Part shown: in pieces, positions 34,160 through 46,968 of the stretch
Layout: every line of letters starts with the position of its first letter
How positions within the stretch are numbered: the first letter of the stretch is position 1
NCBI GenBank assembly: GCA_002269645.1
Contig: NIVC01000941.1
Span: 1 to 64,000 of the forward strand
Direction of reading: 5' to 3'
Source of the DNA: Macrostomum lignano
Taxonomy: Eukaryota
DNA: 64,000 nt
Notes under the pieces: model-generated
Database searches by the model: none
Told to the model about the DNA's origin: nothing
What the model saw: only the letters and a program-made list of their open reading frames with translations
Translations under genes and position numbers: made by a program

Positions 34160-37100
34160 AGATGGATTCCTGCTGAAGCTGTGGTCCAGTATTCTATGGA
34201 CTTCTGGTCAACAGGCAAGTCTGGAAGCGACACATCGATCAAATCATCAGAGCATTGTCCAGCCACCGCCCAGTCTGAAGGACTCAGAGCAACTAAACTA
34301 ACTCAGAGCGAGAGCGGCAACTCAACAAATCAACTCAAATGACGTCAAGCCAAAAAGAGACCCAGGCAAGGATGACTAGGATCACACTGATGGCAAGGAT
34401 GACAAGGATCACACTGATGGCAAGGATGACTAGGATCACACTGATGGCAAGGATGACAAGGATCACACTGATGGCAAGGATGACAAGGATCACACTGATG
34501 GCAAGGATGACAAGGATCACACTGATGGCAAGGATGACAAGGATCACACTGATGGCAAGGATGACAAGGATCACACTGATGGCAAGGATGACAAGGATCA
34601 CACTGATGGCAAGGATGACAAGGATCACACTGATGGCAAGGATGACAAGGATCACACTGATGGCAAGAATGACAAGGATCACACTGATGGCAAGGATGAC
34701 AAGGATCACACTGATGGCAAGGATGACAAGGATCACACTGATGGCAAGGATGACAAGGATCACACTGATGGCAAGGATGACGCTGATCCTGGTCAAGAAG
34801 CATGAACGCGAGGACCTTGGGGGATAGAACCAAGTTGAGCAAACCGCATCGTTCGCAATACAGTTGCTAAATTTGGATTACTGACAATGCCACTTTTTAT
34901 TGAGAAAAGGGGGAGTGCACGAGTATATGAGCTGCATTACACATTAAATTTATACATTATACACTACAGCGCCCAGCTCCATGCTCTTGACAAGCTGCGA
35001 CTAAAGTAGAAACAAGCAGTTCAAGTCGAGGCCGCTGAATAAAATTTAAAATAATTCGCTTTGCCCAAAACATTACGGCCAGCTCATGGAAGTCTCTCAA
35101 GACTGGAATCGCAGTTAATACAGAAGTAGAAGCATACAGGCCCTCAGTAAAGAACGTATCTGAATAGTGTCGGTTGTCAGTCAATTTGTCACTATAAACA
35201 TTGCCTCCTGACATATGACGTAGTTTCTAAGATGCAACTACGAGTATTAGCTACCCTAAAAATATAGGGGATTGTAGCCTAGACAATCCCAATTGTAGCC
35301 CAGTAGTCAGAGCGTCAGACTCGCAACTGAAAGGTCGGGGGTTCGATTCCCGATCCCACTAGACACAATTTGTGTCTTTGAGCAGGACACTTAAATCTGC
35401 ATTGCTTCAGTTCACCCAGCTATAAAATGGGTGCCAGCATTAGCTGAGGTAATTGAGGGTGTGTGGCGACCCCCCCCCCAGTCCTTGGACTGAACAGCAG
35501 TACGCAGCCTTCAGATGCGCCGCGCAATAGCTGCGGCTGAGCTGTCGGTTGCACATCTGCCAATTGGGGCAGGTGTAATCAATTACTATTAATATTATTT
35601 TTTTATTATTGTTATGAAGAGGCAAAAAGTTCACTGAGCTGAGCTTACTGAGTGTAGCAAGAAAGTGGAAATTGCTGAGATTCGGGTCATTAATCTTTAA
35701 ATTTCTTTTACTATTTTGCTCAGAAACCCGCCATGGGAGCAGGGGTCTGCGGGTATAAACTAGCAGCCGGAGAGACTCGGCTCATTCCCAGTCCACGTCT
35801 TCTCCGCGAGAGCTGGAACCGGTTTTTGAGTGGGGTTCAAATTTGCATTCACGTCTCGACTGCCCGACCTGCAACTCGAAGAGGAGGCCTTGGCTGGAAC
35901 GCGGGGGGGGGAGTTTTAAAATTCAAGCTGATGCAGAGATGCACTTCTCCCGTTGTGTCTGTGTTTGTGACTCGGTTTATAGTGAATTTCAGTTGAGGTC
36001 ATATTAGTCAATTCACTTTCTCTCCCATTTATCTGGAGCGCAACTTTCATGCCAGCGGCAACTTTCTCCTCAACACAGCAATTCAACAAGCTCTAAAGGA
36101 GAAACCCTAAAAAGTTACGGAATGCACGAAGCAGGAAAAACAGTCCACACTGAAAGCAAGGTGTGGACCACACTGAAACAGGCAGAAAGGAAGGAGTGGC
36201 TTGCATCACGAGGGTGCTGAAAAGTGAAAGCGAAAAGAAAACTGGGCGGAGAAGCCAACCAAGCTCTGCTTCTTCCATTATTCTAGAAGCAAGCGGGAAT
36301 CAATCAGTTTGGCTGAATTAATTATTAAGCGACTGTAAATAATGACGGCCAGGAGCAGCTCACCGGCTGACGCACCTGCCGTCCCAGTCGCAACATGCGG
36401 CATTTCTCCCCTCCCTCTCCTCCTCTCTGTCCATCTCTTTCCACAGGAAGAAACACACTTGAATGCCGCAAGAAGTCTGCGCAGATAATAAGGAAAAAGC
36501 GATTCTACAAAAGGGAGAATAAAGGAAAACAGTCCGCTCCGTAGGCGTGGCCTTGTTATCTTTCTGATTGCAAAACAAACTCGTGCAGCTCCTCAAGTCC
36601 CTCCCCGCCTCCCTGACCAGCAGCTCCTTAGTCCCCGAAGTGCAGCCATACTTGGATCTTAGCCTATAGTTTTGCGAAGTACAAGCAAATCATTTCTGAA
36701 CCAACCAACGCCTCAGCAGCAATTGCAGCCTATGTTAAAAGGGTTCCTCATGCCTATGAAGACGTTGGGTTAGATGCAATTTTTGTGAAAATGCACTGCA
36801 GTTCCGACTATTTCAGTCTGTTCCCATGCCTCAATCTTCTCTGTCTCACTTCAGCCCCTTGAACTTCTGTCAGCCACCTGCTTGTGTGAAATGATGAGGA
36901 CTGGCCTCTCAGCAGCCCATTGTCAAACTCGCGAACGGCTCTCCTCTCCCTCACCTGTTCTCACATGAGCCTGGGAAACTTACCACTCTGCCCATGGGGG
37001 GAGGGGCTTGATGCAGCTGGGGAAAATATGTGTTGAAAAGATGGAAACAAACAAAGTCTGATAATTCACAAGGCTTTGCTTTATTGATTTCTATTCCCAA

Positions 37101-40100
37101 GCAGGTTTGGAAATTGAGGCATTGAGATCCAATCCAGACTATTCTCACAATCAGGATTTAGCGTGCAGTCCACAACTACACTTTCCAAAGTGTTATGGAT
37201 TCAATCAAAGAACATTCAAATACTCTCATTATTTGAGAACATTCGTTTCACCCGAAACTCGCTTTTCCAGAGCGTGTCCAACTACCTGATCGTGAGCCTG
37301 GCCGTGGCCGACCTCATGGTGGCCACCCTCGTCATGCCCATCAGCGCGCTGAACGAGCTGTCGAAGTACTGGTGGCTTGGTAAGGCTTAGTTGTGCCCGC
37401 CGCCACTTCAAGCCCTGTGCCAGGCCTTCTGGAAGGCCTCGATGATGTGGTGGTGACTGTGGCCTGACTTTTGATGACGCTTGAAAAATTTCTCCCTATC
37501 GCTAAGCCCAGTGCAGTCGGGACGCTGCACTCGACATCAACTAGTCCTCCCCCATTCTCTTTCTCCCTCGGGCTATCGTTGCGAAGTCCCAATGGGATCA
37601 GCCAGTTGGTCCCGCGCTGCACTTGCTCGCATGCATGCCAAGCTGCTGGATTTCTCCCCCTCTCACTCTCCCACATTTGCTCTGCGCTCGTCTTCAACCG
37701 TCGTGGCCGCTTATGACAGCTGAAGCTTCCCGTTGCTTCTCTCGGCTCTGCCCCTTCCCTTCTCCCTCTCTCTCGGTCCTGACAACAGTAAGACCCTCTC
37801 GCATGCTAGGGAGATTAGCAGACAGAAAAGTTGCCGCCCTGCCGAGGGAGAGCAGGGGAGTGAGAGCAGGAAAGGGGAGAAAACCGCGAACTGGCGGGGC
37901 CCCATTTGAAAATTGGAAGCCCGGAGCCAAAGTCTTTCTTGATCGAAAGAGCCCTCCCTCTGAACTGGCAGCTAAGCGGGAGACGAAAGGCCCGCAGCAA
38001 CTGCCACCCTCACTTTTAGATATGGGGGAAATTTCTGCAAAAAGACAGACCTACGCAACTTTGAGTTTGGGGATTTTTACCAGAAATTTGCTTCCTCACT
38101 GGTTGGCGGGAAATGACTGGCTGGAGGCAGTCAAGCAGGGGAGGCTTCGATCAGTTGTTTTGTCGCGCGCGCGTGCCCAACCGCGGACCCCGGGATTATA
38201 AGCAACTGGACTGGAAGGCTAAAAATAACCCATACCACAAGGGGGCATTAGTTTCCTACACAGCTTATCTGCAGAGGGGCATGAATTGCTAACACAAATC
38301 ACATAAATGCACTGGATCGAACAGCAAAAAAACAGGCTGTCCAGTTACTTCATCCATGAAGCAAGGGTTGAAGTTGTTGCCGCACAGGCCTCTGACAAAC
38401 TTGCGGTTCACTGCGGCATTATCAACGCACACTGCACAAACGGTGAAATTCAACTTTCTTAAGACACTCATCGCCTGGTGAAACCATTCTGTAAGTTTCT
38501 TCGCAGTCAATGTTGCAACGGCATGCATCGCAATCATGTCCTTGTATTGACTCGCTACAGAGCGGATCATGAAGCAGCAGAGTGTCTTTGCTGTAGCTCC
38601 ATCTGCATCCAGTCCATTCAACTGACCATTGTTGTACTCAACCCGATTGGCAATGTAGATCTCATCGATCGCAAGGACGACAACTTTCTCAACTTGTTCA
38701 AGCTTAGATGCCCGAAGTTTAAGATAGCCTTCGTTATCCAGACCTACCTTAGAACCAACTCTAGCTGTGATGGACCTCAAAGTGCGATCAGATGGCAGAC
38801 AAAGTGCCTCCTGCTCCAGCATGGTCTTGTATGCAGCGGCACTGATTGAGTAAATTAAATACGCAAAAACGAGAAGCTCCTGCGAGTACCTGCGAGCAGA
38901 GGCTGGCTTCCTACTCAACTTCAATTGCTCCAAAGCAAAGCTCACCGTTCGGTTATCTGCCAGCTCTTCCACCTCTTCTAACAGGTCTTCAGCCATATCC
39001 AGCAGATGCGAAACTTTATCGTCAGACTCGGCCGTATCCTCCTTTAAAATCTTGATTCTCGACATGATGTTAACAAGCTGGCTAAGGGTCGAGACCTTGC
39101 CATTAGTCAACAGATCGACAAACCTATTCATCTTCAGAGGCAATCCACGGAATCCAAATGTGACGGTGAGGTCTTCAGCCAAGCAAATATAGCACGCAAC
39201 ATGAAAATTGGGCTCCATCTCAAGCATGTAAATGCACAGCTTGCCGTCACACAGAGAGAATTGAAAACCTGCTGGCTTACTCTCCTCCTGATCAAGTCTG
39301 GAGCGCACGTCGTGTAGGCTGCAATCAGCAATTGAGTCGGCTTCCTGAAAGGTGTCGATGCTGCTTTGCAGGGCACTGAGTTCCCGCTCCAGACGTTCAG
39401 AAGAAGTCGCCGCTGTTGATCTCTGCGGCTTTTTTTCAGAGGACAGGTAGGATGGAGCGTTGGGAAAGATGGACGGCACAGCCCCTTGTTTCAAAAGGCG
39501 TCTTAGTAGTTGCTCCTTGCTCTTCTTACGTGCGACGTTTGTATCCATGGAAGTCGTCCGGATGAAAATGTCTGGAGCAAATCCTTGAGCTTTTTGTTGG
39601 CTCAAACTCCTGACTTGGGTTGGCTCGCTTCCACTTTTCCAGAAGGGCGGGGTCCTTCCATGGAAAACTATGGAAGCTGACTCCTGCGACAGTTCCATTT
39701 GCTCGATTTGAGCATCCGTACGCTGAGCAAGCCTTCACCATTAGTCGTCTTCACTCTCAGAGTCGATCAGACAATTATGAGTGCTAGTTAGCAAAAACAA
39801 GGAGAGATCGTTTTTAGGACATGCTGTACAGTGCAGCGATTCTTGTAGTCCACTATAGGCCACAACCCCGGCCGAAATACGAACAGGGACGAATTGGAAT
39901 GTACATTGTAGAGAGAGCTTTTTAGTGTACAACGAAAGCTTTCCTTCCCTCGTGGAACAAACACCCCAAGCCCCCAACTGGGGGACAGAAGGGAGAAGCA
40001 GTGCCCCCCTGTGGTATAGGGTGGAAAATAAAATTATCTCTCCTTCCAGTCCAGTTGCTTATAATCCCGGGGTCCGCGGCCCAACCCGCTTTGGAGACTC

Positions 40101-42565
40101 TGAACAGCAGGCAGAGAGGCGGATCGAAGTCATTCACGGAATAGGGAGGCGGGCATGGGGACAGCCGGAATGGGAAAAGAAGATCACTTATCAGGGAGGC
40201 CCTCATGCGAGCTAATGCGCGGTGACACTGTCTGGGGGGCTGGCAGGGGCTGTCTGGATTTGTCAGCTGGTGGCGCAGTAGGGCAGAATTAAGAAGCCAG
40301 TCGGCCTTGTTGATATGGGATTTTTGAGTTTACAGATTTTTTTCTCCCGCAACCACCAGCAAATCCCAAAGAAAATTGTTTGTGTTCTTGAGCAACAGCA
40401 TTTTTCTAAATATTAGTGCGCCCAACTCTATGCTTTGTGATTTGGGATAAAACTCTCAGGTTTTTTAGCTCAAAACTTTTGGCAAGAAATGCATACAATT
40501 ATCTTTTGTAAATGGTAAAAATGACTAAATCGAAGCATTAAAAATGGCTCTATAAAACCAATAACAATGACTCAATCAAATCAGTAACAATGACTCAATC
40601 AAACCAATAACAATGACTCAATCAAATCAGTAACAATGACTCAATCAAATCAGTAACAATGACTCAATCAAATCAGTAACAATGACTCAATCAAATCAGT
40701 AACAATGACTAAATCAAATCAGTAACAATGACTCAATCAAATCAGTAACAATGACTCAATCAAATCAGTAACAATGACTAAATCAAATCAGTAACAATGA
40801 CTCAATCAAACCAATAACAATGACTCAATCAAATCAGTAACAATGACTCAATCAAATCAGTAACAATGACTCAATCAAATCAGTAACAATGACTCAATCA
40901 AATCAGTAACAATGACTCAATCAAATCAGTAACAATGACTAAATCAAATCAGTAACAATGACTAAATCAAATCAGTAACAATGACTAAATCAAATCAGTA
41001 ACAATGACTCAATCAAATCAGTAACAATGACTCCATCAAATCAGTAACAATGACTCCATCAAAGCGTGGATTATGAAAAAGGACATTAGCCAGTTTTATT
41101 CATGAGAACAGTCAAAACGCTAAAGGATTGATAATCTGTCTCCGATCCCGTGGCCAAGATGGTTGCCTAAAGGATTTCTTAATCCGGAATCAAGCAAAGA
41201 CCCCACTGAATTTTGCATTCGTTACGGACCAGCTTGTTAGAAATGACTAAAATTTCTAAGAATTCTCTCCGAGCAGCTGTGCCAGCAACCGTGGCGCTTT
41301 GAATAAGTGCTAAAAATACAAAAAAGTCGTAGCACTGCTAGACGCTCGGATCTAAGATTGCCACTGCATCAGGGAGGCTGGATAGTTATAATATAGTTAC
41401 TTTAAATCAAGTTGACTTTGGGAGGACTTTGACTTTTAACCTCGATCCCTCCAATAATAAATCCCACCATGGATGTTCGTCCGTTCTTGAACCATTACTT
41501 TAGAGTCTTGCCCCACCCAAACATGTTTAAGTTATTTTTAAGTATCAAATTAAGAGTACATTTAAAGCCTTCGAAGCCCCCTCCCCACCCGGCACAGGTA
41601 TCCACCTGTGCGACCTGTGGATCTGCTTCGACATTCTGTGCTGCACGGCGTCCATCCTGCACCTCGTAGGCATTGCGGTTGACCGCTACTGGGCTGTCAC
41701 CAATGTCAACTACGTTCGGGTGCGCAGCGGCAAGCGCATCGGCCTCATGATCGGCGCCATGTGGGCGATCAGCATGGCCATCAGCATCCCGGCCAGGTAC
41801 ATGAACGAGGAGAAGCGACGAGGGGCGATCCGCAAAGGCGAGTGCAACATCAACGACGGCTGGTTGTACACCATTTTCAGCACGGTGGGCGCCTTCTACC
41901 TACCCATGCTGTTCATGATCGCCATCTACATCCGCATCTACCAAGCGGCTCGAAAGCGCATTCGGAAGAAGGCCTTCAAGCACCCGCAGGCCACGTCCGC
42001 CACCGCCACTGCCATCCCTATGTCTGTCAGCGGCTGTCGCGGCGGTCACTCAGCAGCCGGAGAAGATACTGACGCTCCTGACGCCGATGACGACATTGAT
42101 GGCGATCCCGCTGGCGACTCAGGCGGCGGCGGCAACGGCGGCGGTGGCGGAAGCAGCGGTGGAGGCGGCAACAACCGAGGCAACAGCGGCAGAGGCAAAT
42201 GCGACAGGAGTCACAATGGTCGCCAGGCGTTGCTGATGACGCCGCAGACTCCACAGTCCCGGGCCGCTCAGAGAAGGGAGCGGCTTGAGCAGAAACGAGA
42301 GCGGAAGGCGGCGAGAACCCTGGCAATCATCACCGGCTGCTTTCTGGTGTGCTGGTTCCCCTTCTTCCTGAGGGCGGTGATCTGTCCTTTCCGCAGTGCC
42401 CAGTGCCGCAGCCTCATCCCGGGCTATGGACACTCGCTGATCCTGTGGCTGGGCTACATGAACAGCCTGCTCAATCCCATCATCTACACGATCTTCTCTC
42501 CAGACTTTAGGAACGCCTTCAGCAAAATTCTATTTGGTCGGTACCGAAGGCGAGGCTTCCGCTGA
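29590..42565 (+). CDS. HTR1: 5-HT1-type serotonin receptor (class A GPCR), 3 coding exons
   Basis: Exons 29590-29841 (TM1 IIGNVFVVAAIILEKNLQ), 37271-37379 (SVSNYLIVSLAVADLMVA, TM2), 41598-42565 (CDLWICFDILCCTASILHL..DRYW; STVGAFYLP; ERKAARTLAIITGCFLVCWFPFF; GYMNSLLNPIIYTIFSPDFRNAF). Phases 0 and 1 match. The TM3 Asp and these motifs are typical of invertebrate 5-HT1 receptors. Confidence 0.93.
30870..31368 (+). repeat. 39-bp minisatellite, ~13 copies
   Basis: Unit CTGGCTCATGACCACTTGTCTAATCTTTGCTTGTCTCAC. Confidence 0.95.
32556..34330 (+). pseudogene. Degraded Ty3/Gypsy LTR retrotransposon (gag and integrase fragments)
   Basis: gag: MAASTKIGEF..EAYEERLKQFLVVN and ETVSDFVASLRSLTATC..GFVVGLRN..LTLACALTLATAMEAAE. 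Integrase Zn-binding region: LWGVRVIIP..VLELLHGRHP..KSIARLYAWLPGIDKAIE..C. C-terminal GQVWKRHIDQI. Many stops and deletions; RT/RNase H absent. PBS-like TGGTGGCAGC at 32468; polypurine tract AGAAAAGGGGGAG at ~34903-34915. Confidence 0.85.
32795..33028. mobile_element. hAT-type MITE inserted into the Gypsy gag
   Basis: Ends AAGGGGTCGGCCAAAC / GTTTGCCGACCCCTG; degraded 8-bp TSD CTTTAGCC / CTTTCGCT. Removing it rejoins gag-like LREHFS..EAEDF. Confidence 0.7.
34365..34781 (+). repeat. 27-bp minisatellite, ~15 copies
   Basis: Unit ATGGCAAGGATGACAAGGATCACACTG. Confidence 0.95.
35267..35590 (+). mobile_element. tRNA-derived CORE-like SINE (copy 2)
   Basis: Collinear with 25981-26280, including GGTTCGATTC and GCTTCAGTTCACCCAGCT.TAAAATGGGTGCCAGCATTAGCT. 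Confidence 0.85.
38182..40078 (-). mobile_element. THAP/P-element-superfamily DNA transposon, internally deleted
   Basis: Perfect 37-bp TIRs (38182-38218 / 40042-40078) and 7-bp TSD GCCCAAC (38175-38181, 40079-40085). ORF 39741-39526 is a THAP finger (MVKACSAYGCSN..FHSFP..W..ICSRHF). After a frameshift near 39550 it continues GAVPSIF..LPSDRTL..LAIDEIYI..CVDNAAVN..LFDPVHL, then stops at 38289. Confidence 0.92.
40554..41063 (+). repeat. 23-bp minisatellite, ~22 copies
   Basis: Unit ATCAAATCAGTAACAATGACTCA. Confidence 0.95.
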
Positions 42566-44249
42566 ATCAATCGGTGGCCGCAAAGATTTTCTGGCATAGC
42601 GGGCTCCTGCAGAGAAATTGAGGAGTCGGAGTTGTCGATGTTGATTTCACAGTTGACAATAAAAGTCCGCACTGCGAGTCAGATTGTAGAACCGCATGAC
42701 TCTGTTTTCATTCGTCCGCCCCTATCTATCTTCCATCTCTCCGCTTTGTGTTATCCTCCCTTCTTCGATTTTGACCGCCTCCTTTGCTCAGTCCGCAGAT
42801 TTGCTCTAGCATCAGCTCAGCCGGGCCATAAAGCCTAGTAAAGTAGGCGTCAAGTCAGGCAGGGGGCTTAGGCAGCTGGGAAGCGGCAGACATTTCGCCT
42901 TGATCCTGGCGGCTAAGCGGCGATCAGCTATCACGCGCCTCCAGATCCCCGTCTGCCGGCTTCCCACCAAAGTTCTGTTCTGGTCGAAGGATCCTCAAAT
43001 GCCAGACGGTGAGGCGGCAGCCGGAGAGGCGCGGATAATTGGGACGGCTTTGCGCGCCATTTCGGAGCGAGCGCGCGGCAGTTCGGAAATTCCCGGGATT
43101 TGCGGCGACGAAATGCGGGCAAAGCCGGAGAGAGAGGGAGAGCAAATGCGGAGAGTTGGCCCTGGCCGGAGAGCGAGTTGCGCATCGCTCACACAGACAG
43201 CCGGGCCCTATTAGTCACCAATGCGAGGATATCCAGCCAAGCTAATTTCCTGCGCGCTCCTGAGGCAGATAGAGGGCAGGAGGAGAGGGTGAACCAGAGT
43301 TCGAGGCTAGAGAATAGAACGTGCTCAGGACCGCTTGATTGACAGCCGCGGTTTCTCTGTGGCCCTGCTAGCACTCTCCAATCACCTTCGCTTCGTCAAG
43401 TGGTACTTTTAGCAGTTCGTTGCCCACACAGCGGATGTGAAATAAGAATATTCAGACGGGTATTAATTAGCCCAGACCCGTCAAAGGATCCCCGTGTCCC
43501 ATCTGCGCCTGTTTGCACTGCGCTCACTAGGCTGTGGGATCGCATCCGGCAACATGGTATTAAGAAATCCAAGCAGTCAAGCTAAAAGCAGAGGTCGAAC
43601 TGACCAGAATTCTTAAGCATACATAACGATGTTTATCTTCTTGCTTTTTTTACATTCTCAACCCATTTGCTGTTGTGTTTGTTTCCTTTCCTTATACTCG
43701 AATTTCTTACAGTTTCCATTGAATTGAGCTCGAATCCGTCAATGAATATCCCAGCTGCTTGTTTTACACGTTATGAGCATGCAGAGTGTCTGAAGTTCCC
43801 AGTGTACATAATCCTGTCATGCACATACTAATTTAGTCTAAAAATACTCGTAGCTCCGACCCAAGATTTTGTTGCAACTGACCTTGCCAGTGTTGATTTC
43901 TTGCTTAGCGATAGAGTTGATGGTGACCTTCGGCCCCCACGCTGATAGCACCGCTTTATTGCATAATGAGACTTCTCGCTCACCGTGGCGCCACTGAAAT
44001 ATATCTATGTGCAAGAACTTCGCTACTAGCTTGTATTTTTTTGTTTTAAAGCCCACAGAAAACAACAGTGTGGACTTTGACGCTCATGTACATGTATCTT
44101 TATTTTTGTGGCTGGGCGATTTATGCATTTTGCTATTTATTATGCACTTGTACGCTGGGCAGAGAAGCTCTAGCGGCGTCCGTCTAGCTCTCCCCAGGCC
44201 AAAGTACCAAGGCTCGGTACAAAACATTGGCCCTGGGGCTTGTGCGACC

Positions 44250-44375
44250 CTCGTCCAGGAAGGTCAACCCTCAAGGAGCAGAGAGTGTACATGGCCGATG
44301 ATTAAAAGTCAAGGCCGCTGTACAGTCTGTGTGAGCGTGTGCCTGCGTACGTATCGGTGTGCGTGTGCGTACTGA
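44250..44375 (+). repeat. Dispersed repeat shared with ~60245-60365
   Basis: GG(T/C)CAACCC(T/C)CAAGG..GGCCGCTGTACA..TGTGTGAG(C/T)GTGTGCCTG occurs at both loci. Confidence 0.5.
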
Positions 44376-44421
44376 GAGGTCAGCGAGAGGGGCATGACTA
44401 AGGATGACGTGCACATCCTTC

Positions 44422-44887
44422 GAACAACAACAACAACAAAAAACATTGTCAGCCAATCAAGTGTGGGACAATGTCACCAGGCGCGTTTAAGGGCCTGGGC
44501 GCGAACGTAGGCCGCACCGCCGGGGCCAGCAGCAGGGAGTCGACGAAACGCCGGGTGCGCGCCTGCCCCGCCGGTAGGGTGCCTGCAGCGTCAGCAGCAG
44601 CACCTCCTGCACCGGCTGTGGATAGTACGACTCAGCTCGGATAATATGGCCTGGCAGCTGCATTCGCCGACGGCGCAACACTTCACTGGGGGTGGAACAG
44701 GCCGGTGCGGCGATAGAGTGCCGCATTGGTGACTCGCTCGTAGCTGATCTTGAAGGCGGCGCGTAGCAGGCCAGCGTGCGCCGCATCAACCTGCTGTTCG
44801 AGCGACTCCGTCAGCGTCCAGGTCTCGGCGTTGTACAGCAGGACGGTCTCGATCACCGCCTGGAACAGCAAGTATGCTATTGTTGAT
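44422..44887 (-). mobile_element. 5'-truncated RTE-clade LINE (3' end of ORF plus (GTT)n tail)
   Basis: AVIETVLLYNAETWTLT..VDAAHAGLLRAAFKISYERVTNAALY and RRRRMQLPGHIIRA match the RTE RT C-terminus. (AAC)n at 44422-44438 is the 3' tail on the minus strand; frameshifted. Confidence 0.85.
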
Positions 44888-44895
44888 CTAAGGAT

Positions 44896-45103
44896 GATGT
44901 ACACATCCTTGGAAGCCATTGTTGATCATCCTTGGGCATGACTAAGGGTGATGTACACATCCTTGGAAGCCATTGTTGATCATCCTTGGGCATGACTAAG
45001 GGTGATGTACACATCCTTGGAAGCTATCGTTGATCATCCTTGGGCATGACTAAGGGTGATGTACACATCCTTGGAAGCTATCGTTGATCATCCTTGGGCA
45101 TGG
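44896..45103 (+). repeat. 54-bp minisatellite, ~4 copies
   Basis: Unit GATGTACACATCCTTGGAAGCCATTGTTGATCATCCTTGGGCATGACTAAGGGT. Confidence 0.92.
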
Positions 45104-45750
45104 CTAATTTCCCGTTCACTGGCTACGGGTGAGCTGTCGCCATGGTTAAAATTACTAACTATGAGGTATCGAACCCGAATGTAAGGCATTGCATCAGCAC
45201 ATTGTCATTATGTTTCATCTACAGACAGTTGAGCACCTGAAGCTGCACATGCATACGGCCGGCTGTATGATCGGTTTTCAAAAAAAAACATCTCCACCGA
45301 TTTTCACCGAACTTACACCATTGGATTGTTGAAACTATTATCTACTTACTTCTGTCAAACTCTTACTACTAGGGATGAGTAGTATTGATACCTTACCCTA
45401 GCATCGAATCGAACTGTGTGGCAAATGGAACAAAAAAGATGCTTCACTCATTTCATTTGCAATGTGACCGATGGAAGACATTGAAACCAGAAGCTAAGCT
45501 ATCATGAACTAACAGCTACAGGTGCAAAAGCAAAACAAAGCTGCTTTTGTACTTGAAAGCTACTCGAAGTTTGAATTTCTTCAGGCCATGACTTCTCGTA
45601 GATCAAAAGAAATAAGTTAAAATCACGAAATGCTACTCTTTTATCAGTAATTTATTTTGGAAATTTTGAAATACTGCACAAAAGCCAGAAACCAAGCTAA
45701 TAACAAAATCATTCCTAAGCTTTAATAACAATTTGACGTTCAGTAGCATG

Positions 45751-46236
45751 CTAATGGTCACTAGCAAGCTAATGGTCACTAGCAAGCTAATGGTCACTAG
45801 CAAGCTAATGGTCACTAGCAAGCTAATGGTCACTAGCAAGCTAAAGGTCACTAGCAAGCTAATGGTCACTAGCAAGCTAATGGTCACTAGCAAGCTAATG
45901 GTCACTAGCAAGCTAAAGGTCACTAGCAAGCTAATGGTCACTAGCAAGCTAATGGTCACTAGCAAGCTAATGGTCACTAGCAAGCTAATGGTCACTAGCA
46001 AGCTAATGGTCACTAGCAAGCTAATGGTCACTAGCAAGCTAATGGTCACTAGCAAGCTAAAGGTCACTAGCAAGCTAATGGTCACTAGCAAGCTAATGGT
46101 CACTAGCAAGCTAATGGTCACTAGCAAGCTAATGGTCACTAGCAAGCTAATGGTCACTAGCAAGCTAATGGTCACTAGCAAGCTAATGGTCACTAGCAAG
46201 CTAATGGTCACTAGCAAGCTAATGGTCACTAGCAAG
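45751..46236 (+). repeat. 18-bp minisatellite, 27 copies
   Basis: Unit CTAATGGTCACTAGCAAG; rare variant CTAAAGG. Confidence 0.97.
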
Positions 46237-46968
46237 TCAGTCAACACGAAGGAGTGCTGAAAAATTAATCAAACAGAGTAGCGCTTTTTGTACTAATAGT
46301 AAACATCAAAGAAACGCATTATTGGAACAATGACTGCTAGAAGCCTATGTTGAAAATAAGTGCGTGAGACGCAGCTGAGTGTAAAACATCGACTGTTTCT
46401 AATATTGTTTACGCTTAACACTATAGTTGTGCTAGCAGTAACACTAAACACTAGCAACGCTAACACTAAACAGGTGCAAACACAAGCAGCGAAACAACGG
46501 GACGGGTTTGGTGCCAAGAGCTGCGATAAACCTTCGAATTAATACGAACAAGACTTGAACTGTTGTCCAATGAGGTGAACACAATGGGCGTAAAAAAGAC
46601 AAAAAAGTTGATTATGACGCAGGTTGAAACGTGGCTTGTTTGGTCAGCTGCTCAATTTCGATTGCACTCATACAACAAGTACCACGACAAAAACACTCCA
46701 AGCAATACGGCTATCGCATCTTATCCCCGGGACAAAAAGGTCGCACTCTGTCCAATGTTTTTATGAGCTAAGAATACCCAGCCATAAAGGAATTTTCACA
46801 AAGATAAATTTAGCTCCGCATATTCGCGTCAACAACATTTATGAACGATGAGATAATTCAACGGTTGTGTCGGGTTCTCCGTCAGAAAAATTCAGTTTTA
46901 AAAGAAGCGAACTCGCTATTTATCCGGTTTCAATGCGTTTCACGCGTCAAACTGCCCAGCTCGTTTCC

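Noticed and set aside
34335-34842. MARMTRITL, CHPCHQCD and ILVILAIS repeat proteins (metallothionein-like or TM-like)
   Set aside because: Open frames of a 27-bp minisatellite on both strands within an intron; no splice or start context.
34916-35200. 3' LTR of the Gypsy relic
   Set aside because: It follows a polypurine tract and starts with TG, but no matching 5' LTR is visible before the PBS-like site at 32468.
45633-46260. LLVTIS and KLMVTS repeat ORFs
   Set aside because: Artefacts of the 18-bp tandem repeat.
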